Below, in pieces: positions 33,611-45,035 of a DNA stretch of 64,000 nucleotides. Source of the DNA: Selaginella moellendorffii (taxonomy: Eukaryota > Plantae > Lycopodiophyta); the NCBI RefSeq assembly GCF_000143415.4, contig NW_003314326.1, positions 995,575 to 1,059,574 of the forward strand. The letters are read 5' to 3'. Position 1 is the stretch's first letter; the number at the start of each line of letters is the position of its first letter. A model generated the notes under the pieces. The model had not been told where the DNA came from, ran no database searches, and saw nothing but the letters and a program-made list of their open reading frames with translations. The position numbers were made by a program, and so were the translations under genes.

Positions 33611-34617
33611 GAGCCTGAGAGGGTGAAAGCCCAAAGCGTTCGTCTCCCAGACCCTGGGGGGTTTGGTGAGCTCCAAAAGTATAGTAGGGGGAGGACTGCA
33701 GTGGAGCCAGTTTGGCCAGGAAAGGCCAGTTTGGCCCAGGAAGGCCGGACCCAGTGTTGGGTGATGAGCTGCCCACTGGGAAGTCCAAGACTAGAGTGAA
33801 CACGGACCGACAAGTGGGGTAGCTTGGTGAAGTGTTCAAGAGCCGGCTCTAGTTCCCCCGGGAGATCGACTGGCCGATGCTCCCAGTCCAAGTGTGGGTG
33901 GCACTACCTACTTGGACACCTGTCGTGGCTCAACGGAACCTCGCTCTAAGCCCATGGCTAGAGCACCTAAAGGCGAAAGGCGAGGAGAGTACCCAGGTGG
34001 CTCGCGTAAGGCCACGGTGTTCCGAAATGTTGTCCCGAAGGCCCAGACTGTGGAAAGGAAGAGGAACAGTCCTTTGGGGTAGTGACCAAGGACACAGTCG
34101 TGTGGTGGGGAAGTCCCAGAGGACCGTGGGACTTAGTGGTCGGGCCTGTGGGTCTTGATCCAGTGGCAGTGTTGGCAAACACGGCCAGGGGCAGAAAGGG
34201 ACTTAGTGGGGACTGACAGAGGGATATTGGGGAAGGCTATTCCCCTTGTCGGTGGGCATCCTAAGGATGCTAAGGAGTGGATCTGAGATGACCACTCACA
34301 GATGGTTTGCCTAGTCTTGGAGAGCCAAGACTGTGATGCAAGTGGTATTGGACTACCAGTGTGGCAAAGGTGATTGGGCATGGCCTTAGCGTAACGGGCT
34401 GCTATGTCGGTGGTACCTTTAAGTGTCGGTCATGGGATCGGACACGTGGAGCACTTGGACCAAGTGCAAATGTTGAGTGGCATGGATGCCATTCTCAGGG
34501 CTAGCAAGTCCCAAGTCCTGGATTGGACTTATGGAGGTGGTGAATGAGACTCCTCCAAGTGGTCAGAGGTGTGGTTAAGTGACTAAAGTAGAATGGAAAA
34601 TTTAGTCGCTTACAATT

Positions 34618-34628
34618 TGGTATCAGAG
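34618..34628 (+). promoter_or_regulatory. Primer-binding site complementary to the initiator tRNA-Met 3' end
   Basis: TGGTATCAGAG, 3 nt downstream of the 5' LTR end. Confidence 0.92.
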
Positions 34629-37140
34629 TTGTTCCTTAGTCCGACTTTTATTGGTGCTCAAGTATATCACCACTAGTGTTGGCATCGGAAGGTCTGAGGA
34701 GTGGGCCTATCCTTGAGGAGTAGCAAGTCGGGAAGACATGGCTCCCCATTACAGTTCATGTATGAACTTGTAGACGAGGTGGTGGATAGAAAAGGGCCAA
34801 TAATGGAACAACTTTGGGATCTTGGGAACAGTGCAAGGTTTTCCTCATTGAGTTGAGGATGTGATCCGGATGAGCATTTGTCTCAGCAAATTGGCTAAGG
34901 TTGTTGTGGTAAACAACTAAAGTTGGGATCACGGGAAAGATAGAGACTCCAAAACAATAAAGGAGTCACAAGATTATCCTCATATAGTTAAGGTTGGTGC
35001 TCATGAATGTGAGACCAGAGGTAATGACCATGGGAGGTCAAATACGGAAGAGGACTCAAGTCCTTGAAATGGTAGCCGGGGCTACCTTTAATAAATGCTG
35101 GAACAACCCAAGGAGTTGGGGTGTGTATTTAGAGATGAGTGGTATTCTCATCGCATGGACAAATAGTCCTAAGGGGCAAAAGTTGCCTCCAGAGAACAAA
35201 ATCAAGTGTCGGAGTAACACTTGTGAAAATAGTCCTTTTGAGTAGGACAGGAATGCAAGAAGTGTATTCCAGTGAGCTAGTGCCTCACAAGTAGGACCTT
35301 ACGGGTCTGTGGATTAACCAAGTCCAAAACTGCTGGATGACTCAAGTAGAGTCAACGGATGGTCCTAAAAGGATTGATGGAAGCATTTGGACTGTGGTGT
35401 GTTGTACCCCACAAAGGATGGGGGGGGGGATCATAGGATCCAAGGATGAGAACAGAGGGTATCTCATCGATGGCAAAATGTGCCATGCTAAAGTTATGGG
35501 AAAGGTGTTCCCAGAAGAAAACAACTTTGACATAAAGTTGTGTGTGACCTCTATGGTGCAGTGCCAACGGATGGTTGGCATGAGAAAGAGCGGTGTTGGT
35601 CTTGGCAAAGACTTAGACACGAAGGGGAAATGTCATAGAGGTAGGCTCGTGGAGCCGATGGTGTGGAGACACCAAATGTGCCAAGGTGTGATACCTTGAG
35701 GCTATGTTGGTGGGTTCATGAGAACCCCTTGCCAAAGGAATCCCAATGGAAATGGGAATGGCATAGCCTAAGCTGTAGAGCATGCAGTTGGAGTGTGGTG
35801 ACCCAGATAATGATGGAGGTGTGAAAGCACCAAAACAATGAGTTGTAGGACTTGACAACTATGAGGCAACTAAGCAAGAGGTGCAAAATAACTGGTTGAA
35901 CGGGTAGAAGGTACCTACCCAAGACTTCTTAATAGCATAGGGAAGTCGGATACACCCTTACGGGAGATAAGTGCTTGTGTTGCGATATAGTAAGTCAATG
36001 TCATAAAAGGAAATACTCATTGTCAAGGAAGCCATCATTGGGACACCCGAACACTCTAGAACACCAGAAGGTGGTGTTTGATGTCGCGAGGGCAATGGAT
36101 AAAGCCCAAGGGACTAAGTCCCTAGCGAATGATGGATAGAAGGTGCTATCCTAATGTCCAAGGTTGCGGAGACAGGAGAGGACTGTCTACCCGAGTTGGA
36201 CAAAGCCAAAAAAAATGGAATTTTGGCAAGGCTAGTGATGGGCATGGAAAGGCCCATAAGCAACAATGTAATCCCAGTGTGTGGGATTATAAGGTGGGCA
36301 TACCCGGATTGAGGAACCACTCCCTGGGCTATTGGGTAGGTTCATCCCTAAGAATACTTGCTAAGGCATGATAGAAAGTGCAAAGCTATCCTCCTGGTCT
36401 GGAGGAAAATGACCAAAGGAAAGGTGTGAAGCCAAAAAGCAAGAAGTAAGGGGATAGAACCGAACCGTAGGAATCAAAGGGCATAACCAAGGTTGGTTAT
36501 GCCAGCTGGGAGTGGAGAATCAAGTGGGGGCTCGAGGGTGTTGCCGCTAGCAATCGTGATGCCATGGAGAGTCTAAAATATGAAATTGTCCATATTAGAC
36601 TATGTGGCATTTGGAAGGCTTGCAAAAAGGGAGGCCTTAGCAAGCTGAGGGACAGAGTTCCTTCAAGGTTCCCAAAGATGATTCTAGGTAGCTTAGTACC
36701 TAGAAAGGCCAAGTGTAAATGGTTCATGGAACGCGCGAAATCAGAGTGGCGCAGCAAAAGCGTGGTCTTGAAGCTTGCCATGAGGCAAGGCTATCAAGGT
36801 TAGGGAAGTAGTTCCCGAGTGTTCAAAGAGAGGGCTTTGAACGAAAGTCGATGGTCAAGGACTTTCACGCTTATGCAGGAACCATGTTACAGTGGTCGGA
36901 GGACTTGCCAAGCGAGATTGGCACGTCGGGGGAACAAATACCCTAGTTGAAGGTGATAACTTCATAAAGGGTGGGCCATGGGGCCGAGCATGGAGGAGTC
37001 CATGCATGATCACAGACATGTCAAGTGAGAGGACTTGGCAGTGTGGAGGAACTAGGTTCCTAAACTGTGATCTGTAGCGCGCTTTAAAAAACAAGTTAGT
37101 GCACCGGCGTGGGGAGTCACGCCAGGCATCTTGTGTGATG

Positions 37141-37520
37141 CCGTCCGTAGATGCATATACGGAGGTTGGGTTCGAGTCCTGACCCTCTAGTGCTTGGGTT
37201 CGAGTCCCAAATCACTAGGGCGTGGTGATGGTTTGGAATATGAGGACACTCATATTTCGGTGGTCATGGACTCTCAATGGGGAGACTGGTTTGGGCACAC
37301 CGCCAAGCGAGGGATGCCTCGGAGTCGTGATGCACGGTTAGATTGCTTAGTGTGAAAGCTTAGCATATCTAACTTGAACGCTTTGGTGCAAGTGGCACCA
37401 AGGTCGTGGTGAGTGAGATGGGGACACATAATCTCAGTTGCTATGAACCCTTGGCCGTAAGGGCTGGCTTGGGTGCACCGCCAAGTGTGGGGGATGCCCC
37501 CGGGGTTATAGTCAACAACT
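37141..37520 (+). other. Putative structured RNA module with two B-box/T-loop hairpins (GGTTCGAGTCC x2)
   Basis: Hairpins at 37164-37184 and ~37187-37218 with TTCGAGT loops, followed by two GACA-hairpin/three-way-junction units. Conserved in all intact A internal regions and in B 3' UTRs. Confidence 0.55.
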
Positions 37521-39214
37521 TGGAGGTCTAGAAGACCAAGTACCTCTTGGCAACTCTGTTAAGGTGCCAAGGTGAGATCACTAGGTGATCTTATGGCCAG
37601 ATAAGGACAAGGTCCTTGGTTGGCTAAGGAACGAAGTTCCTAGTTCAAAATGTTGAAATTGAACTGTTTAAGGTGGTGTGGCTTGGTCGTGATGACCAAG
37701 TGGGAAGAGCACCTAAGGGAAATAAACTATGTCCGTGCGATGGCATAGTGAGTCCGAGGAAAGTAGTCTCTATAAAAGACCCATGGGAGGGTCACGAAGT
37801 TGGGCCGTGGATAGAACCCATAGCAGAAGATGCTAAAGAGACGTACTAGGGGTGCACATCCTCCGGACTTGGCAAAGAAGAGTCTTTGCTATGGAACCGA
37901 AACAATACCTCAAGAAGGGAGGTAGAGATTCGATGTTGCTTGGTGCAACAATCAACGGATAGGAGCAAAAGATGAGTGGCCAAGGTAGGGCCGTGGAATC
38001 CCTTGGAAGGAATCCAAGTGACAAAGTTAGGCGAGGAACACTAATGTGTTGGACGCTAACAAGTTGCGGGAAAGGAAGTGTGTTTCCAAGGAGGGATTCC
38101 GAAATGCTCCGATTTGGCGAAAGTGGAAGCTCCAAGAGAGGGAGCGGTAAGGTAGCCAAATGATAGGGCCATGAACAGCCCTAGCACAAAGTATGATAAC
38201 TGGAACTTTGGCATGAAATAGAAGAGAGGATGATGGTGCCCTCGAGTAGAGAACTTCCTAGGATGGGAAGTGGAGTTGCACAAAAAGGTGCAAGGCAAGG
38301 TGTCGGAGACACCTAGGAAATTGACTCCAAGAAGTCAAAATTCAAAGTTCCAAAGTGCAAAGGTTATATCGATGGAAATCGAGACTACTCGAGAAGGAGT
38401 AGTGGGATTGACTTAGAGAAGGGTCTCTAAGAGGTTTAGCGAGGACTAAACCAATAAAAGGAGAGAACCACTACATGTGGTCCAATCAATCTCTAAATTG
38501 GAGAGACTACCCTCTTTAGAGGATAAGCAAGGCATGGTGAGCCTTTGGTGTCAAACCATGGAGGCCTATGCAAAAGGCATGGTGAGCCTTCAATGTTAAA
38601 CCATTGACGAATATGGAGAAGGTATGGTGAGCCTTCAATGTCAAACCATTGACAAATATTGGCTAGGTGCCAAAGATGGAAATGGTAACACACGCGAGTG
38701 TTACTTTACAAAATGGTTTACCGTTCGATGAGGACATCGAACTTCGTCTATGGGTGGTGGAGTTGTGAGACACAAAATCCCTAGGCCCCAAAGTGGAGCT
38801 GGAAGGGCGCCACATGGTAGTGGCCGAAGCGAAAGCCAAACGAGCGTAACACGTTTGGACCAAAAGCTCCGACTTGAAAAGTCAAGAGCGGGAGTGGAAC
38901 TCCCAACGAAGTGCTCGAGGAACGAGCACGAAGCGAGCAAAAGGCGAGGCTCCAAAAAGGGACCAAAAAGGGCCAACACATGACACGTGGGAGTCCGAGA
39001 TGGACCCGAGATGGAGTCCGAGATGGAGTCCGAGGTGGACCCGATATGGAGTCCGAGATGGAGTCCGAGATGGACCCGATATGGAGTCCGAGATGGAGAC
39101 CGAGATGGACCAGAGATGGAGTCCGAGAAGGAGTCCGAGATGGACCCGAGATGGACCCGAGATGGAGTCCGAGATGGAGTCCGAGATGGAGTCCGAAGTC
39201 GAGACCGAGACCAG

Positions 39215-39246
<32 letters not shown>

Positions 39247-42200
39247 TCGGGACCGAGACCGAGACCGAGGCCGAGGCCGAGACCGAGCCCGAGCCCGAGT
39301 CCGAGTCCGAGTCCGAGTCCGAGTCCGAGTCCGAGTCCGGAGCCTGAGAGGGTGAAAGCCCAAAGCGTTCGTCTCCCAGACCCTGGGGGGTTTGGTGAGC
39401 TCCAAAAGTATAGTAGGGGGAGGACTGCAGTGGAGCCAGTTTGGCCAGGAAAGGCCAGTTTGGCCCAGGAAGGCCGGACCCAGTGTTGGGTGATGAGCTG
39501 CCCACTGGGAAGTCCAAGACTAGAGTGAACACGGACTGACAAGTGGGGTAGCTTGGTGAAGTGTTCAAGAGCCGGCTCTAGTTCCCCCGGGAGATCGACT
39601 GGCCGATGCTCCCAGTCCAAGTGTGGGTGGCACTACCTACTTGGACACCTGTCGTGGCTCAACGGAACCTCGCTCTAAGCCCATGGCTAGAGCACCTAAA
39701 GGCGAAAGGCGAGGAGAGTACCCAGGTGGCTCGCGTAAGGCCACGGTGTTCCGAAATGTTGTCCCGAAGGCCCAGACTGTGGAAAGGAAGAGGAACAGTC
39801 CTCTGGGGTAGTGACCAAGGACACAGTCGTGTGGTGGGGAAGTCCCAGAGGACCGTGGGACTTAGTGGTCGGGCCTGTGGGTCTTGATCCAGTGGCAGTG
39901 TTGGCAAACACGGCCAGGGGCAGAAAGGGACTTAGTGGGGACTGACAGAGGGATATTGGGGAAGGCTATTCCCCTTGTCGGTGGGCATCCTAAGGATGCT
40001 AAGGAGTGGATCTGAGATGACCACTCACGGATGGTTTGCCTAGTCTTGGAGAGCCAAGACTGTGATGCAAGTGGTATTGGACTACCAGTGTGGCAAAGGT
40101 GATTGGGCATGGCCTTAGCGTAACGGGCTGCTATGTCGGTGGTACCTTTAAGTGTCGGTCATGGGATCGGACACGTGGAGCACTTGGACCAAGTGCAAAT
40201 GTTGAGTGGCATGGATGCCATTCTCAGGGCTAGCATGTCCCAAGTCCTGGATTGGACTTATGGAGGTGGTGAATGAGACTCCTCCAAGTGGTCAGAGGTG
40301 TGGTTAAGTAACTAAAGTAGAATGGAAAATTTAGTCGCTTACAGCCACACCATCATCAATAGTTCAAATCAACACTTTGAACTAGGAACCTTATTCCTTA
40401 GCCCAAACAAGAACCTTGTCCTTATTTAGCCACAAGATCACCTAGTGATCTCACCTCGGCACTTTAACAGGTTTGCCAATAGGTACTAGGTCTTCCAGAC
40501 CTTTAACTTGTTAACTACGACCTCGGGGGCATCCGCCACACTTGGCGGTGCTCCCAAGCCAGCCCTTCCGGCCAAGGGTCCATAGCAACTGAGATTAGGT
40601 GTCCCCATCTCACTCACCACGTCCTTGGTGCCACTTGCACCAAAGCGTTCAAGTTAGATATGCCGAGCTTTCACACTAAGCAATCTAACCGTGCATCACG
40701 ACTCCGAGGCATCCCTCGCTTGGCGGTGTGCCCAAACCAGTCTCCCCACTGAGAGTCCATGACCACCGAAATATGAGTGTCCTCATATTCCAAACCATCA
40801 CCACGCCCTAGTGATTTGGGACTCGAACCCAAGCACTAGAGGGTCGGGACTTGAACCCAACCTCCGTATATGCATCTACGGACGGCATCACACCGGATGC
40901 CTGGTGTGACTCCCCACGCCGGTGCACCAACTTATTTTTAAAGCGCGCTACAGATCACAGTTTAGGAACCTAGTTCCTCCACACTGCCAAGTCCTCTCAC
41001 TTGACATGACTGTGATCATGCATGGACTCCTCCATGCTCGGCCCCATGGCCCACCCTTTTTGAAGTTATCACCTTCAACTAGGGTATTTGTTCCCCCGAC
41101 GTGCCAATCTCGCTTGGCAAGTCCTCCGACCACTGTAACATGGTTCCTGCATAAGCGTGAAAGTCCTTGACCATCGACTTTCGTTCAAAGCCCTCTCTTT
41201 GAACACTCGGGAACTACTTCCCTAACCTTGATAGCCTTGCCTCATGGCAAGCTTCAAGACCACGCTTCTGCTGCGCCACTCTGATTTCGCGCGTTCCATG
41301 AACCATTTACACTTGGCCTTTCTAGGTACTAAGCTACCTAGAATCGTCTTTGGGAACCTTGAAGGAACTCTGTCCCTCAGCTTGCTAAGGCCTCCCTTTT
41401 TGCAAGCCTTCCAAATGCCACATAGTCTAACATGGACAATTCCATATTTTAGACTCTCCATGGCATCACGATTGCTAGCGGCAACACCCTCGAGCCCCCA
41501 TTTGATTCTCCACTCCCAGCTGGCATAACCCACCTTGGTTATGCCCTTTGATTCCTACGGTTCGGTTCTATCCCCTTACTTCTTGCTTTTTGGCTTCACA
41601 CTTTTCCTTCGGTCATTCTCCTCCAGACCAGGAGGATAGCTTTGCACTTTCTATCATGCCTTAGCATGTATTCTTAGGGATGAACCTACCCAATAGCCCA
41701 AGGAGTGGTTCCTCAATCCGGGTATGCTCACCTTATAATCCCACACACTGGGATTACATTGTTGCTTATGGGCTTTTACATGCCCATCACTAGCCTTGCC
41801 AAAATTCCATTTTTGGCTTTGTCCAACTTGGGTAGACAGTCCTCTCCTGTCTCCGCAACCTTAGACATTTGGATAACACCTTCTATCCATCATTCGCTAG
41901 GGACTTAGTCCCTTGGGCCTTATTTATTACCCTCGCGACATCAAACACCACCTCCTAGTGTTCTAGAGTGTTTGGGTGTCCCAATGATGGCTTCCTTGAC
42001 AATGAGTATTTCCTTTTATGACATTGACTTACTATATCGCAACATAAGCAACTTATCCCCCGTAAGGGTATATCTGACTTCTCTATGCTAGAAGTCTTGG
42101 GTAGCTACCTTCTACCCGTTTAACCAGTTATTTTGCACCTCTTGCTTAGTTGCCTCATAGTTGTCAAGTCCTACAACTCATTGCTTGGTGCTTGCACACC

Positions 42201-44487
42201 TCCATCATTATCTGGGTCACCGCACTCCAACTGCATGCTCTGCCGCTTAGGCTATGCCATTCCCATTTCCATTGGGATTCCTTTGGCAAGGGGTTCTCAT
42301 GAACCCACCAACATAGCCTCAAGGTATCACACCTAGGCACATTTGGTGTCTCCACACCATCGGCTCCACAAGCCTACCTCTATGACACTTCCCCTTTGTG
42401 TCTAAGTCTTTGCCAAGACCAACACCGCTCTTTCTCATGCAAACCATCCGTTAGCACTACACCATAGAGGTCACACACAACTTTGTGTCAAAGTTGTTTT
42501 CTTCTAGGAACACCTTTCCCATAACTTTAGCATGGCACCTTTTGCCATCGATGAGATACTCTCTGTTCTCATCCTTGGATCCTATGATCCCCCCCCATCC
42601 TTTGTGGGGTACAACACACCTCAGTCCAAATGCTTCCATTAGTCCTTTTAGGACCATCCCTTGACTCTACTTGAGTCGTCTAGCAGTTTTGGACTTGGTT
42701 AATCCACAGACCCGTAAGGTCCTACTTGTGAGGCACTAGCTCACTGGAATACACTTCTTGCATTCCTGTCCTACTCAAAAGGACTATTTTCACAAGTGTT
42801 ACTCTGCCACTTGCTTTTGTTCTCTGGGGGCAACCCTTGCCCCTTAGGACTATTTGTCCATGTGATGAGAATACCACTCATCTCTAAGTACACCCCCCAA
42901 CTCCTTGGGTTATTCCAGCATTTATTAGAGGTAGCATTGGCTACCATTTCAAGGACTTGTGTCCTCTTCCGTATTTGACCTCCCACGGTCATTAATCCTG
43001 GTCTCACATTCATGAGCACCAACCTCAACTACATGAGGATAACCTTGTGACTCCTTTATTGTTTTGGAGTCTCTATCTTTCCCGTGATCCCAGTTATAGT
43101 TATTTACCACAACTATATTAGCCAGTTTGCTAAGTCAAACGCTCATCTGGATCACCTCCTCAACTCAATGAGGAAAACCTTGCACTGTTCCCAAGATCCC
43201 AAAGTTGTTCCATTATTGGCCCTTTTCTATCCACCACCTCATCTACAAGTTCACACATAAACTGTAATGGAGAGCCATGTCTTCCCGACTTGCTACTCCT
43301 CAAGGATAGGCCCACTCCTCGGACCTTCCGATGCCAACACTAGTGGTGATATACTTGAGCACCAATAAAAGTCGGACTAAGGAACAGCTCCGATACCAAA
43401 TTGTAAGCGACTAAATTTTCCATTCTACTTTAGTCACTTAACCACACCTCTGACCACTTGGAGGAGTCTCATTCACAACCTCCATAAGTCCAATCCAGGA
43501 CTTGGGACTTGCTAGCCCCGAGAATGGCATCCATGCCACTCAACATTTGCACTTGGTCCAAGTGCTCCACGTGTCCGATCCCATGACCGACACTCAAAGG
43601 TACCACCGACATAGCAGCCCATTACGCTAAGGCCATGCCCAATCACCTTTGCCACACTGGTAGTCCAATACCACTTGCATCACCATCTCGGCTCTCCAAG
43701 ACTAGGCAAACCATCCGTGAGTGGTCATCTCAGATCCACTCCTTAGCATTCTTAGGATGCCCACCGACGAGGGGAATAGCCTTCCCCAATATCCCTCTGT
43801 CAGTCCCCACTAAGTCCCTTTCTGCCCCTGGCCGTGTTTGCCAACACTGCCACTGGATCGAGACCCACAAGCCCGACCACTAAGTCCCACGGTCCTCTGG
43901 GACTTCCTCACCACACGACTGTGTCCTTGGTCACTACCCCAGAGGACTGCTCCTCTTCCTTCCCACAGTCTGGGCCTTTGGGGCAACATTTCGGAACACA
44001 GTGGCCTTACGCGAGCCACTTGGGTACTCTCCTTGTCTTCTGCCCTTAGGTGCTCTAGCCGTGGGCTTAGAGCGAGGTTCCGTTGAGCCACGCTTGGTAT
44101 CCAAGTAGGTAGTGCCACCCACACTTGGACTGGGAGCATCGGCCAGTCGATCTCCCGGGGGAACTAGAGCCGGCTCTTGAACACTTCACCAAGCTACCCC
44201 GCTTGTCGGTCCGTGTTCACTCTAGTCTTGGACTTCCCAGTGGGCAGCTCATCACCCAACACTGGGTCCGGCCTTCCTGGGCCAAACTGGCCTTTCCTGG
44301 CCAAATTGGCTCCACTGCAGTCCTCCCCCTATTATACTTTTGGAGCTCACCAAACCCCCCAGGGTCTGGGAGACGAACGCTTTGGGCTTTCACCCTCTCA
44401 GGCTCCAGACTCGGACTCGGACTCGGATTCGGATTCGGACTCGGACTTGGACTCAGACTCGGGCTCGGGCTCGGTCTCGGCCTCGGC

Positions 44488-44524
<37 letters not shown>

Positions 44525-45035
44525 CCGGTCTCAGTCTCGACTTCGGACTCCATCTCGGACTCCATCTCGGACTCCATCTCGGGTCCATCTCAGGTCCATC
44601 TCGGACTCCATCTCAGACTCCATCTCGGGTCCATCTCGGACTCCACTTCGGACTCCAACTCGGGTCCATCTCGGGTCCACCTCGGACTCCACTTCGGAGT
44701 CCTTCTCGGACTCCATCTCGGATCCATCTCGGACTCCACTTCGGACTCCAACTCGGGTCCATCTCGGACTCCACTTTGGACTCCAACTCGAGTCCATCTC
44801 GGACACTCCCATGTGTCATGTGTTGGCCCTTTTGGGTCCCTTTTTGGAGCCTCGCCTTTTGCTCGCTTCGTGCTCGTTCCTCGAGCACTTCGTTGGGAGT
44901 TCCACTCCCGCTCTTGACTTTTCAAGTCGGAGCTTTTGGTCCAAACATGTTACGCTCGTTTGGCTCTCGCTTTGGCCACTACCACGTGGCGCCCTTCCGG
45001 CTCCACTTTGGGGCCTATGGATTTTGTGTCTCACA

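Larger units (their letters stand above)
32884..40343 (+). mobile_element. Complete family-A element Z (7.46 kb), inserted in inverse orientation into another copy of its own family
   Basis: LTRs 32884-34614 and 38764-40343 (TGTGAGA..CTTACA); PBS TGGTATCAGAG 34618-34628; PPT ATGGGTGGTGGAG ~38750-38762; TSD GCCAC (32879-32883 / 40344-40348); empty site at ~50611-50640. Confidence 0.95.
20753..45035 (-). mobile_element. Family-A element Y: LTR 20753-31834 (split by the DNA transposon), internal 31835-43401 (split by element Z), LTR 43402-45035
   Basis: TGTAAG..TCTCACA LTRs; PPT complement ACTCCACCACCC at 31835; PBS complement CTCCGATACCA at 43388-43398. Flanks ACTGG/TAGTT do not match, implying a recombinant. 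Confidence 0.8.

Noticed and set aside
37141-37220. tRNA gene or tRNA-derived SINE
   Set aside because: T-loop/B-box hairpins are present, but I found no D-arm/A-box, acceptor stem, tail or TSD. Kept only as a structural motif.
37261-37510. Hammerhead ribozyme (retrozyme)
   Set aside because: The three-way junction lacks the CUGANGA and GAAA core on either strand.
41244-41528. 94-aa ORF (MASFKTTLL...) intact in four A copies
   Set aside because: It is antisense to the element and has no recognisable domain. The copies are closely related and this C/T-rich strand is stop-poor in several frames, so conservation is not evidence of coding without a dN/dS test.
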